From Bacteroidales bacterium (GTDB lineage: Bacteria; Bacteroidota; Bacteroidia; Bacteroidales; Paludibacteraceae), in NCBI GenBank assembly GCA_022783865.1, contig JALFYY010000007.1, positions 4,020-68,019 on the forward strand: 64,000 nt of DNA, written 5' to 3'. Made by a program: the position numbers and the translations under genes. The notes beneath the pieces are model-generated. The model saw only the letters and a list, made by a program, of their open reading frames with translations. It was not told the origin of the DNA and did no database searches. This document shows positions 24,103 through 34,072 of this stretch, piece by piece (positions within the stretch are counted from its first letter, which is position 1; each line of letters opens with the position of its first letter).

Positions 24103-25875
24103 TCATTCTACAGGAATTATCTCGGTACGACGGTCCAAAGCAATGGAGTGTTCCGCTCCGTCGCCTGCATCGTAGGCTATATCGGCGGCATGCGCCTCTA
24201 CGGCAATCTGCTCCGGTTTGGCTCCTTTGGCGACAAGTAAATCGGCAACCGCCTGTGCACGCTGCTCGGAGAGAATACGGTTCTTACGGGCATTACCTTC
24301 TTTGCTGGCATGACCGGAAACAATAATCTTCTGGTCGGGATTCTCTACCAAGACAGCCGCTATACGGTCGAGAATATCAGCCGGTTCGAGCTTGGGAACA
24401 ATGGAATTGACATCGAACCAAATGACTGATTTGTCCATCAGACGCACAATCTGACGTGCCGCCTCTTTCTTGGGTTTAAGAACTGTTTCCTGACGGTTTG
24501 CCACCGTAAAGGTGGTATCGCAAAGTTGGATACGTTCGTAAACGGGCTCGGGCTTGCGTGGCCGTTCCACATGGTGCCAAGAAATACCCACTTTGAGTCC
24601 GACACCCCACGGACGCACTGCAGAAGCAAAGTCGGTAGCGAGTTCACCCCGATACTCGTTCATGAAAGCATGCTGACGATAGCCCGACTGTCCGGGTTGC
24701 TGCCAACCGACAGGTGCCTTGGTCTCGTTGTTCAAATCGAGGCAATTCATCTGAAAATAGACGCCACACATCAAATCGAGCTGATTGTTCAAAGGAATCA
24801 TGACTCCCAAATCGGCTCCTGCCGCCAATGCCACCTTCTTGAGATTGAGGTCGCGACGGCCGGTAGCAAAATCGCTGCCGATGGTTTCGGTATAGAAATC
24901 GCGGTCGGGCTGACCGGTGACCAGCATATTCCATTGCGGATAGTAGCCTTGATGTTCCAAGGAACCGCTTTTGAGCGCATACTTGCTATAGACAGGAACA
25001 CCGACACGCACTCCGGCACCCGCATAGAGACGGAGACCATTATCGCCCAACGGATATTGGCATTGGATACCGACGGGAAGTTCTACGATATGGGTAATCT
25101 GCTGCTCGCGCCATTTGCGGGTGAGTGCATAGTGATTGTAGATTTCACCATCGGAATCGCCGACACCTGTCCATTCGTTACGGTTGTCAAGGACACCATA
25201 ACTGCCGTAGCCCGAAAGCGCAACACCTGCCGTGATACCCCAGTTCTCGTGGAAATAGTAAGCATACTGCACTTGCAGAAGTCCCTGCAAATCGCCGGTA
25301 TTCTTTCCGACTTTGCCGCCGTCGGCATTGCGAAGCGTATAACCCATGGAGCCATAACCCACCCCTAGATGCGCCTGCACATAGTGCCCTTTGCGGGTAA
25401 CGACAGGAAGAATAACGCTATCGGATTCGATAAGGTGCGTTTGTGTACGGCACGACACCGACCAAGTGGTATCGGCATAGGTACGGACTATCTTTTCGTC
25501 GTCTTCCTCCACCTTGTAAGGCTCGGTTGCCGTCTGCTGCCAAACCACAGGCGGCACCGGCACATTGGTAATACGGATAACGCCTCTTTTGGATTTGACG
25601 ATATACTGCTTGCCCAAAATCTTCTTAACCGCCGCCACAGCACTCACCTCTTTGAACTTACGATTGACGGGCTCACCGAGGTCGATATCCGCTTCTTCGA
25701 AATTAATGATATAGCCTGTGCGCTTGCCTATGTCTTGCAAAACATCTGCCATAGGAGTATTGACATAGGTGTGCGTAAGTTTCTTATACGACGCTTTTTT
25801 CTTCTGCTGTGCCGCCTCAGCTCCACCAAGAGCCAACAAGAGGCAAAGCACCAGCGACAATAACCGGTTGTTCAT
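24103..25875 (-). CDS. STN-domain / beta-barrel / OmpA_C-domain outer-membrane protein
   Basis: After the signal peptide, VNTPMADVLQDIGKRTGYIINFEE...VSAVAAVKKILGKQYIVKSKRGVIRITN resembles an STN domain. A central barrel follows. The C-terminal IIVSGHASKEGNARKNRILSEQRAQAVADLLVAKG...LDRRTEI is OmpA-like. Confidence 0.75.
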   Translation of the reverse strand: MNNRLLSLVLCLLLALGGAEAAQQKKKASYKKLTHTYVNTPMADVLQDIGKRTGYIINFEEADIDLGEPVNRKFKEVSAVAAVKKILGKQYIVKSKRGVIRITNVPVPPVVWQQTATEPYKVEEDDEKIVRTYADTTWSVSCRTQTHLIESDSVILPVVTRKGHYVQAHLGVGYGSMGYTLRNADGGKVGKNTGDLQGLLQVQYAYYFHENWGITAGVALSGYGSYGVLDNRNEWTGVGDSDGEIYNHYALTRKWREQQITHIVELPVGIQCQYPLGDNGLRLYAGAGVRVGVPVYSKYALKSGSLEHQGYYPQWNMLVTGQPDRDFYTETIGSDFATGRRDLNLKKVALAAGADLGVMIPLNNQLDLMCGVYFQMNCLDLNNETKAPVGWQQPGQSGYRQHAFMNEYRGELATDFASAVRPWGVGLKVGISWHHVERPRKPEPVYERIQLCDTTFTVANRQETVLKPKKEAARQIVRLMDKSVIWFDVNSIVPKLEPADILDRIAAVLVENPDQKIIVSGHASKEGNARKNRILSEQRAQAVADLLVAKGAKPEQIAVEAHAADIAYDAGDGAEHSIALDRRTEIIPVE

Positions 25876-25887
25876 GTTGCTATTATA

Positions 25888-25918
25888 TTAAGGCAGGTTC
25901 TATAAATCAGAAACCTGC
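25888..25918 (-). terminator. hairpin element (shares 20 nt TTAAGGCAGGTTCTATAAAT with 55631-55650)
   Basis: The stem GCAGGTT/AACCTGC lies 14 nt downstream of the 875-aa amylase stop. The U-tract is weak. Confidence 0.35.
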
Positions 25919-25931
25919 TGAATTAATTACA

Positions 25932-28559
25932 TCAGTACACTACCACTTTCTGTCTGCCAACGAGATAGAGTCCCTGCGGCAGTGCAACGGTGTTTGTTCC
26001 TTCGTGCAAAAGCATACGGTTTACCATATGTCCGTCAGCAGCATAGATATTCACCTGTTGTGGCGTAGGGCTACCGATGTAGAGAATACCGTTTTCGCTA
26101 TAAAGCGTAAGCGCATCCGACGCAAGATTTTCCACACCTGCGGGTACATCGTCACAGACAAGACTCACCGTAGAGGTGCATTTGATGTCATTTCTGTCGG
26201 TACCTGTGTAAAGTCCGTGCATAGTGAAAGGAAGGTCGTTGGTCTGATTGCCGCCGTCGTTCCAGATAATCATCCAATCGGAAGCCACTGCCGGCCATTC
26301 GTCCGGCAAAACAAACTTATAGTTGCCTCCACCGAGAGAGGTTGCCCGCAAACCGGGCCACGAGGTGAACGAAGTACTGCCTTTCACCCACATGTGGACA
26401 TTAATACCACTCCCCCATCCGCCAGGCTTGGTAAAGAAGACCGCACGTTCGTCCTCCGTTTCCAGGCAAGGAGGAACAGCCGGACCGACGATAGGGTCAT
26501 CGCCACCAAAATTCTTGTCATCCTCTTCTTGCGTGCCGTCCCATTGCGGATCGGCAACAGAAACTGCAGAGGAAGTATAGATGTACTTGCCATCGGTACC
26601 AATCTTGCCCGGAGCGGGTGTTTTGGCTGTGGACAACACATAGACACGAAGGTTGCCTTTGCCTTTGCAAGTAGCAGTAAGCGTACCGTTAGTAACGGTT
26701 TTGACATCACCGGTTACAACATCGGTATAAGTACCGTTGGGAATGCCTGTGAAAGTAGCATTACCAGAGATAGTAACCAGTGCATAACTATCGGTAGCGG
26801 CATCGGTATAACGGCGTTTGAAAGCAAAAGTACCATTGCAACCGGTGGTGCTGTACTGCCCTTTACGCAAGGCGGGCACCGCCATACGAATCCGACTCAG
26901 GCGCTGTATGTGCAGCGCCAAAGGATGGGAGAGCGTTTGTGCCATGTTGCCCGTAGCCCCCGTATATTCGGCAAAGTCGGTAACTTGGGCAGAGCCTTTG
27001 ATATAGCCGCCGAAATAGGCACGACCCGATTCCTTCAATGCAAGATTAGGTCCATCGTCAATAATGCAACCTTTCTTAAATTCGATTTCCGACCCATAGT
27101 ACACACAGGGAATACCACGGAAAGTGTACATGAGACAGAGGTTTTCAGCCCATGTATCCTGCGGTTGCGCAAAACGCTGTTTCTCGGGAGCACCGTCGGG
27201 TGCATAGTCGTGGGAATCGACATAGACAACGTTCCAAGTGGCATCGTTGTAGTATTTGTCACCAGACCTGACACTCCATGCCTCGGCAGTACTACGGAAA
27301 TTCCAGTGCATAGGGAAGTCGATGACACTCAAGCCGGAGAATTGGCTATAGTCGGGCGTATGGTAGTCGTTGCCATTGAGCAAAGCATTTTGCGAAGTAC
27401 GTCCGTCGCTGTATTGTCCATCGTAATCGGCAGCGAATTGGTCAACAGAGGTTACATTGGTATGGGTGCCTTTTTGCCCTTCCATCACTACGACATTATC
27501 CCAAGAAGTTTCGCTTGTATCCCAAGCGTAGTTTTTCTTTTCGGTCCACGTATAGAAATAAGGACTGAGATTATCGTGATTGCGGTAGGTTACGTTACGC
27601 TCACGGGCACAGACTTCCGCAAACATAAAGAAATCACCTCCGTTGCGTTTGGCTTTGTTCTCTTCTGCCAATTTGCGGAATTGAGGTATGAAGTTCTTAT
27701 TGAACGTAAGGCGTGAGATATGTCCTCCCGTGTCGATACGGAAACCATCCACCCCCATTTTGATAAACTCTCCGTAGCAACGCACGAGATAGTTTGCCAC
27801 ATACTGGTTTTCGGTATTGAGATCAACGCAATCGCCTGCAATCTGCCCCCACCAACGCGTAGGATCGTCCCAGCCGAAATGGGCAAAATGATGCCAATAG
27901 TTGTGAGTATCGTGGTTGACACCGTCGGTATTCTTCATTTCCGCCAAACGCCAATCGTATTGTTTTTTCACCTGCTGCGAATAATCATCGGGAAGACGTC
28001 CGCCGTCTTTTTTGGTAAAGGGAATCATGCAGGCATTGATATCGCTCTGGTCGGCAGACCAATCGCGGTCGAAAAGTTTGCAGAGATTGGCTTCGCCGAA
28101 ATTGCCGGTATGGTTGAGCACAATATCGAGAATGAGCTTCATTCCACGGGCATGCACTGCATCAATCAGGTCTTGGAAATCAACATCCTCAGACTCGTAA
28201 CGATGGTCAACTTTTGAGAAATTGCCGGCATGATAGCCGTGATAGTCGAATCCGGAAGCATTTTCCACCACAGGGGTAATCCATACGGCAGTGAAGCCGA
28301 GTGCTTTGATGTAATCGAGTTTTTCAATCAGCCCCTTGAAATCGCCACGCCAAGCAGGGTCACCGACATTACGGCTCTGTCCGTCCCAACACTGTGTATT
28401 GTTGGAAGGGTCGCCATCGTAAAAACGCGTGGTTATGACAAAATAAATTTGCTCGTCACGGAAATCCGTTCTGCTCGGGAAAAGGGTTGCCGCCATGGTT
28501 GACTGCCAAAGCAACAGCCCCACCGCTACCATCATCAGATGTCTGAATATTCTATTCAT
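25932..28559 (-). CDS. GH13 alpha-amylase-family enzyme with C-terminal CBM-like region and T9SS CTD
   Basis: GH13 conserved regions are present: LDIVLNHTG, GVDGFRIDTGGH, FMFAEV and VYVDSHDY. The tail reads QGLYLVGRQKVVVY. Confidence 0.9.
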   Translation of the reverse strand: MNRIFRHLMMVAVGLLLWQSTMAATLFPSRTDFRDEQIYFVITTRFYDGDPSNNTQCWDGQSRNVGDPAWRGDFKGLIEKLDYIKALGFTAVWITPVVENASGFDYHGYHAGNFSKVDHRYESEDVDFQDLIDAVHARGMKLILDIVLNHTGNFGEANLCKLFDRDWSADQSDINACMIPFTKKDGGRLPDDYSQQVKKQYDWRLAEMKNTDGVNHDTHNYWHHFAHFGWDDPTRWWGQIAGDCVDLNTENQYVANYLVRCYGEFIKMGVDGFRIDTGGHISRLTFNKNFIPQFRKLAEENKAKRNGGDFFMFAEVCARERNVTYRNHDNLSPYFYTWTEKKNYAWDTSETSWDNVVVMEGQKGTHTNVTSVDQFAADYDGQYSDGRTSQNALLNGNDYHTPDYSQFSGLSVIDFPMHWNFRSTAEAWSVRSGDKYYNDATWNVVYVDSHDYAPDGAPEKQRFAQPQDTWAENLCLMYTFRGIPCVYYGSEIEFKKGCIIDDGPNLALKESGRAYFGGYIKGSAQVTDFAEYTGATGNMAQTLSHPLALHIQRLSRIRMAVPALRKGQYSTTGCNGTFAFKRRYTDAATDSYALVTISGNATFTGIPNGTYTDVVTGDVKTVTNGTLTATCKGKGNLRVYVLSTAKTPAPGKIGTDGKYIYTSSAVSVADPQWDGTQEEDDKNFGGDDPIVGPAVPPCLETEDERAVFFTKPGGWGSGINVHMWVKGSTSFTSWPGLRATSLGGGNYKFVLPDEWPAVASDWMIIWNDGGNQTNDLPFTMHGLYTGTDRNDIKCTSTVSLVCDDVPAGVENLASDALTLYSENGILYIGSPTPQQVNIYAADGHMVNRMLLHEGTNTVALPQGLYLVGRQKVVVY

Positions 28560-28708
28560 TGGTTCGTTATGTATTATAAAAAGTTTATGTTTATAAAATA
28601 TTTATTCTTCAATTGCAGCAGGAAAGGCAGTGCCGTACAGACTCTGCTTACCGGTATCCCTATCCTACTTTCATATATCCATCAAATTCAATGTATCGGC
28701 GAAAGCAC

Positions 28709-31700
28709 TTACCATGCTTTCAGTTGTCTGCCCTGTACGTCGTAGAGCCGATTGTCTTTGCGTATATACAGGTTTCCGTCGATCAAGTATTTGCGTATGG
28801 TATTGTCTTCTGTTCCGACATTATCGCTTGCGGTTATGATATGCTGCTTTGGGTTTACCTCCAACACAAAGCGTTGCGCATACGTGCCCTTGGCAAGCGT
28901 AACCGTATAGGAATCAAACAGCAGATTCGTGCGTATGCCTGTTTCCGTATCGAGAAGAGTTACAGACATACCTTCCGTGCCATCGGGCAAGGCGAAAGTA
29001 TATTCGCCGTCCTGCGTAAGACTCACTCCGACAGGAATCTGCTTCAGAGCGACAGGCACAGGCTGTACATTAGCCGCCACACGGATAGAATCGCCATCGG
29101 TAAGTGTATAGAGTGATACACCGGCATTGTCTATCTTGGTGAGGTCGATATTCAAATCGAACTCACAAGTAGCTTCTCCGTCCCGGAAACGGACATAGGT
29201 TTTGTCCAACCGTTTTCCATTACGGCTAAGGGCAAGAAGCAAAGTGTAGCATTCTTCTTCGCCTGCCACCCTGCGGGCTTGCAATTCCTTCGGCAACGTT
29301 CCACTGTAGTTTTTTTCTTTCCAATCAATTGTTCCCGCAAACTGCACCATATAGGCGTAAGTACTCATGAAATCAATACTCTCCGCCTCATTGACATTAT
29401 AGCAAATCTTATTGGGGTCATACTCGTACAGGAATCCCACCTTATAATTGCCAATCTGCTCCATCGGCATCGGATTGCCAAATTGGTCGATATTAGCAAA
29501 CGAAGGTGCACCAATCAGATTCCAGTTGGAATCGTAGATATAGCGGTTGTCGCGCTTAATGGAACAAGGATGCGCCGGTACATCCACCGACACCCACTCC
29601 CCGCTGATATCCATAGGCTCTTTATTAGCAGAGGGGAAATAGATACAAACTTCCTCATTACCAGCAGTGAAGAAGCGATCTACAATCCGTTTCCAGTCAA
29701 GCACTATGACATAGCCGAAACCTTTCTGAAGTTTCACTCCTGCGGTTTCTTCATAGTATTTCCAATAGGTTGGGGAGTCGCTCCAGCAACCTTTATCTGC
29801 CCGGGCAACTCCATCGTAGTACTGCACCATATAGTCGTTGCCGTATTCCAATCCTCCTCCGAACACTTCCGACAACATGACATCAAACGGGAAGGAAATC
29901 CAATAGATACTTTTCTCTTTTGAGGATGCCTTTCCCTCAAGATATTCTTTCGTCAGTACCAGCACCAAATAAGCCGTATTCACCTGCTTGAGTTTGGTAG
30001 AATTAGGATCGAATGTCAATTGTTCCGCTTCTTCATGATTTTTACGGATAATCATCAAATCCGTCTCTATCTCATCTTCCACCGTAATTTGCTGATTACC
30101 GGGCAACCACGAACAGATAAGATGATTTGTCTTGAAATCGTAGAGTACACGGATTTTATAACGGCTTGTCTGCTTTCCTCCCAACAGTTTATAGACGTTT
30201 TCTTCCGTAAAATCGCCTTCTTTGCCTTTGAAATACTGCTTGACATTCTGATAGGGAGCAAGCACTTTCACAAAAGTATTGGCATTGGCATACATATCGG
30301 CACGATACACCCAGTTTTCACGGTCTTTCAAACAAACTTTGGTCTGAGGATCGCCCCCTTCAGCCTCCTGATATATACCTTCCTTGCTGAGCAGTTGGAC
30401 ATTCTCTCCGGCACCTGCCAAATAGGCACGGTTGAGCGAATTGTCGTAGCTATTCCACATGAAGCGCACATTGGCATCGTTGGACAACTTACCATCGCTA
30501 CCGACAAAGCCGTTGGAGATTTCGTAAGTATTGCGTACCAAGGTATCGGCAATGCAATAACTATAAGGAGTAGCCAAAGTGAAGCGTATATCGGTTCCAT
30601 GTGTTACCCACTCGCAATAGTAGTAATCGAAAGTTTCGTTGTTTCGTGCATACTCGGAATAGTAGCAACGATTCATTAGATTCCCGATATAATTCAGGTC
30701 GGAGAACCCTACCCCGCCACGCCGTTTGGCGGCATCTGAGCGGATATAATAGGCACCCGTATAAGGATAAACTTCAAGCACTCCGATATTGTCTTCAGAT
30801 TGCTTGCGGAGAACAAAATTGTACACACCGTTGCCTTTAATAGACGCATGCTGTTTGACATCGATGGTTTTGACGGTTGTCCACTTCGTAGTGCCGATTG
30901 CCATCTTCTGCAACCAAACCTCGCATGTATTGGGATTGGCGGATTCCACTCCGGCAGCGTCTTTGCACATAGGACGCACATGCATACTGATAGTGTCGCC
31001 CACTAAACTGCCGACAGCCACCCGCGTGCGCGGCACGACACTATGCGAAGGATGGCACAGCACCTGCGTAGTGCCGTTGCGCTCCACATAAACCAACCTA
31101 TAGGCATCGCCCGGTTCTTCGCCAAAGCCTATCACCACTTTGCCATCGGCAAGCGAAAGAGTGATGGTATAGTCTCCGGAGTGAGAGGGCGTAAAAGAAA
31201 CATAAGTAGGAGAGGAAGCCCAATCGTCCCATTTATAGAGCCGGTAAGCCTCTTCGTCGCCCTGCAGGACTGCATTGTAACCCACAGAGTACCACTCGTT
31301 TCTGCCGTTGGTGACACAAAGCGTGTAGGTCTGTCCTGCCGTAGCCTGTACAACAGCCTCGAACTTGTAGCCACCTGCCGTAATTGCCGTGAAAGGCACA
31401 CGGGTTTCGGCATTGCCCTGTCGCCATACCAACGAATAGCCCGATTCGGTGGAGTTGTATTTCATCCAGATACCGTGGTTATAGTAGTTGACCTCGTTGG
31501 TGCGATAGGCAGCCATACCCCGTTCGTGCACAAAGAGCGGCATATCAGGAGTGAACTGATACAGATAGACCGCTTCCGTTTGGTACAAGTAGTCATAATC
31601 GTTTTGATTGTCTTTGGCGAAAGCGATGTATTTAGGCGACTGAACAGTGAGGACATGTCCGTAAATATCATCGCGCACCCGCTTCATCTGCAGCACATCA

Positions 31701-33538
31701 CCGATACGCTTTGCTTTCGGTTGTACTCCTTTTTCCTCGTCGGTATGTCCGGTTTCGGTGCGGTGTTTTGTACTCCAAACGTTATCAGAGAAGAGATAGA
31801 GATAGACATCGTTCCAGTTAAGCCCGTTTTGCTTGAAATAGACAGCCGTGAGTTGCCGGAAGCGGACATAGACCTGACTATTGTCTTCTGTAACTTGAGA
31901 GAGCGTATAAACGGTTTCCGTTCCGGCAGCGTCGATACGGTGGGTACCATCGATGTCGGTGTACCAACCTTCCACCGTATAGCCTGTTTCCGGCACAGCA
32001 GTGAACGTAGCAGACATGACAGCATCGCCCGAATCGATAACACGGTTGCCAGATTTCGCCGTGAGTGCACCGCCTTGATTGTCAATCACACCGAAACTGA
32101 CAGGATAGGGGTCGGAAATAACAGGCAGACTGTAGCCGGCACAAAGAATATGCTTGTCGGAAGGGTTGACGGACGTATTCGGCATAAAGAGGAATACGTA
32201 GTAGGAACTTGTAGTGTTGCCAATACAAGCATTGTGCCATTTACGTTCATTTTCATTGGGATCCTCACTCAACGTAATGTTGGTACCGGCAAACCCGTTG
32301 CTAATATAAGTATCACCATAATAGGGTATATCATCAGCATTGTTGTTCTGAGTAAAGATTTTAAACTTATTGTTATCGTTATAAGCAGGTCGCTGAATAT
32401 AGGCATACAAATGGTCTTCGTCGTTCCACAACATCTGTATTCCCTTGTTATTTCCCCAGTTTGTTACTTTCTCATCCATATAATAGAGTTCGGGGCGTTC
32501 GATTGCCGGCAGCCATTTAGCATAAAGTGTAAAATCAGAGGTTACAGCAGTATTGAAATCATAGGCAGTGCCTGTACATTCAGCATTGGTGTACCAACCG
32601 CCGAACGTATAGCCGGAAGCCGTCGGGTCTGTAGGTTTGTCAGCCTTATCGCCACTATTGACCGTCTGCGCACTCGGTGCCGTACCGTGTCCGTTAGCAT
32701 TAAAGGTTACGGTAAAAGTAGTGACAGAAGCTTTTGTAATCCATGTTTGTTTCGCACTATAATCAAACCATATGCGTATTGTAGCACCACTGGTGCCATG
32801 GTAGTAACAAACAGATTTATTATCCCATCCGCTGATATCTTTGTCCGCACTAACTTTAGAGCCATTTGCTATTACCTCAGTTCCTGTAGGATAAGAACTC
32901 CAATCCCCTGCATAAATAGCCTTTTCGTCTGTTCTTTGGAAACGAAAGCAAAAGTATTCTTGAGTAGTCTTTATATCAACATAGTATGCTTTTGTAGTAG
33001 CATCATATGTCATAACTTTGTTATTATTCATAGTTCCTGTATAACTACCTGAAGAGGTATTCACATATAGCAACTTGCATTCTGTCGGTTCTAACGAGCC
33101 ACTGCTATAAGTTGACCAAGAAGACGAGTTATCCCAACCTGATAACTTAACGCAATTGTTGCTACCCATCTCGTCTGCCTTCATCTTAGCAGAATAGTTC
33201 CATACGTCAGTTCCCTTCTTACGTATAAAATACATCTCTTTAACAATAGCATTAGGAACCGTAACCTCAAAAATTGTATCTGCCACCTTTGTGGTGGGAG
33301 TAGAGGCTGACAAATTGTTTTTTGGTGAATATTCAGAGTTTGTTTCGTAGCACAAACTCGTTTTATCGGAATAGTAGAAAATAGCAACTATTTCGGCACC
33401 GTCCTTTGCCCAATCTGTCTTATCTATGTTTAAATAAATCTTAGAACCTTGTGTAAAATTTGCTCCCCACGATGCTTGACTTACTCCGAGCAGAAGCAGC
33501 AACGTACAGAAAACATATTTGCGTATATATTGTTTCAT
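28709..33538 (-). CDS. 1609-aa exported multidomain protein (Listeria-Bacteroides repeats, CBM-like modules)
   Basis: It has a signal peptide. FTVTFNANGHGTAPSAQTV...GYTFGGWYTNAECTGTAYDF...TLYAKW is a Flg_new/List-Bact repeat, and a second copy occurs near aa 470-550. The C-terminus reads KYLIDGNLYIRKDNRLYDVQGRQL. Confidence 0.75.
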   Translation of the reverse strand: MKQYIRKYVFCTLLLLLGVSQASWGANFTQGSKIYLNIDKTDWAKDGAEIVAIFYYSDKTSLCYETNSEYSPKNNLSASTPTTKVADTIFEVTVPNAIVKEMYFIRKKGTDVWNYSAKMKADEMGSNNCVKLSGWDNSSSWSTYSSGSLEPTECKLLYVNTSSGSYTGTMNNNKVMTYDATTKAYYVDIKTTQEYFCFRFQRTDEKAIYAGDWSSYPTGTEVIANGSKVSADKDISGWDNKSVCYYHGTSGATIRIWFDYSAKQTWITKASVTTFTVTFNANGHGTAPSAQTVNSGDKADKPTDPTASGYTFGGWYTNAECTGTAYDFNTAVTSDFTLYAKWLPAIERPELYYMDEKVTNWGNNKGIQMLWNDEDHLYAYIQRPAYNDNNKFKIFTQNNNADDIPYYGDTYISNGFAGTNITLSEDPNENERKWHNACIGNTTSSYYVFLFMPNTSVNPSDKHILCAGYSLPVISDPYPVSFGVIDNQGGALTAKSGNRVIDSGDAVMSATFTAVPETGYTVEGWYTDIDGTHRIDAAGTETVYTLSQVTEDNSQVYVRFRQLTAVYFKQNGLNWNDVYLYLFSDNVWSTKHRTETGHTDEEKGVQPKAKRIGDVLQMKRVRDDIYGHVLTVQSPKYIAFAKDNQNDYDYLYQTEAVYLYQFTPDMPLFVHERGMAAYRTNEVNYYNHGIWMKYNSTESGYSLVWRQGNAETRVPFTAITAGGYKFEAVVQATAGQTYTLCVTNGRNEWYSVGYNAVLQGDEEAYRLYKWDDWASSPTYVSFTPSHSGDYTITLSLADGKVVIGFGEEPGDAYRLVYVERNGTTQVLCHPSHSVVPRTRVAVGSLVGDTISMHVRPMCKDAAGVESANPNTCEVWLQKMAIGTTKWTTVKTIDVKQHASIKGNGVYNFVLRKQSEDNIGVLEVYPYTGAYYIRSDAAKRRGGVGFSDLNYIGNLMNRCYYSEYARNNETFDYYYCEWVTHGTDIRFTLATPYSYCIADTLVRNTYEISNGFVGSDGKLSNDANVRFMWNSYDNSLNRAYLAGAGENVQLLSKEGIYQEAEGGDPQTKVCLKDRENWVYRADMYANANTFVKVLAPYQNVKQYFKGKEGDFTEENVYKLLGGKQTSRYKIRVLYDFKTNHLICSWLPGNQQITVEDEIETDLMIIRKNHEEAEQLTFDPNSTKLKQVNTAYLVLVLTKEYLEGKASSKEKSIYWISFPFDVMLSEVFGGGLEYGNDYMVQYYDGVARADKGCWSDSPTYWKYYEETAGVKLQKGFGYVIVLDWKRIVDRFFTAGNEEVCIYFPSANKEPMDISGEWVSVDVPAHPCSIKRDNRYIYDSNWNLIGAPSFANIDQFGNPMPMEQIGNYKVGFLYEYDPNKICYNVNEAESIDFMSTYAYMVQFAGTIDWKEKNYSGTLPKELQARRVAGEEECYTLLLALSRNGKRLDKTYVRFRDGEATCEFDLNIDLTKIDNAGVSLYTLTDGDSIRVAANVQPVPVALKQIPVGVSLTQDGEYTFALPDGTEGMSVTLLDTETGIRTNLLFDSYTVTLAKGTYAQRFVLEVNPKQHIITASDNVGTEDNTIRKYLIDGNLYIRKDNRLYDVQGRQLKAW

Positions 33539-33550
33539 AACATTATAGTT

Positions 33551-34024
33551 TTAAGCGTTATGTGTTGTATCTTTCGTATTTTGTGCAAGCGTATTCCGAC
33601 GTTGTTGACGCAGAAATATCCCTACAGCTGCCAAAGCGGCAAAGAGTAGCATACTCCATGCGTCGCCAAGGGGCGAATATTCACTTCTGTTGGGGTCGTC
33701 TTTATTATCAGACCCCATGCCTTCTCCTCCGAAGGCTCTGCGCTTCACCATCCCATCATTGTCAACAGCAACGAGCGGAGCAGGCGTTTCAGTTGAAAAC
33801 GGCATATAGATAGTGGAACGATACGTTCCCGCCCCCCCTGCAGGGGATACCGTGAGGCTATGTACACCCCACGAAACAGTAGGCGCAGATAGTTCCTTAC
33901 CCATAGGTAAGGTATATATAGTTTGCTTGTCTGTTTCCAATAACGGAGAACAGACAAATCTTTGTGCCTGTAATGACAAAGCCACAAGCACAAAAAGGCA
34001 TATCATTTGCAGTTTGTTTTTCAT
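33551..34024 (-). CDS. small exported protein with C-terminal TM anchor and basic cluster
   Basis: Signal peptide MKNKLQMICLFVLVALSLQAQ. The C-terminus is SPLGDAWSMLLFAALAAVGIFLRQQRRN plus 12 further residues. The stop lies 12 nt before the start of the 1609-aa gene. Confidence 0.55.
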   Translation of the reverse strand: MKNKLQMICLFVLVALSLQAQRFVCSPLLETDKQTIYTLPMGKELSAPTVSWGVHSLTVSPAGGAGTYRSTIYMPFSTETPAPLVAVDNDGMVKRRAFGGEGMGSDNKDDPNRSEYSPLGDAWSMLLFAALAAVGIFLRQQRRNTLAQNTKDTTHNA

Positions 34025-34072
34025 GGTAGGTATACAGAGGTTGCGCCTGCAGGCGCAACCTCTAACGGGTAA

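Noticed and set aside
25809-27716. Very long plus-strand ORFs opposite the big minus-strand genes: 25809-27716 (635 aa), 31043-33052 (669 aa), 34175-35773 (532 aa), 23001-24053 (350 aa), 17437-18381 (314 aa) and 18781-19548 (255 aa). On the minus strand, 62633-63529 (298 aa) lies opposite proS.
   Set aside because: Each lies fully antisense to a gene with clear family motifs (GH13, CBM/CTD proteins, DegT, ABC ATPase, ProRS). Their translations are low-complexity, Arg/Ile/Val/Gly-rich and lack any motif. They are shadow ORFs produced by codon bias, not overlapping genes.
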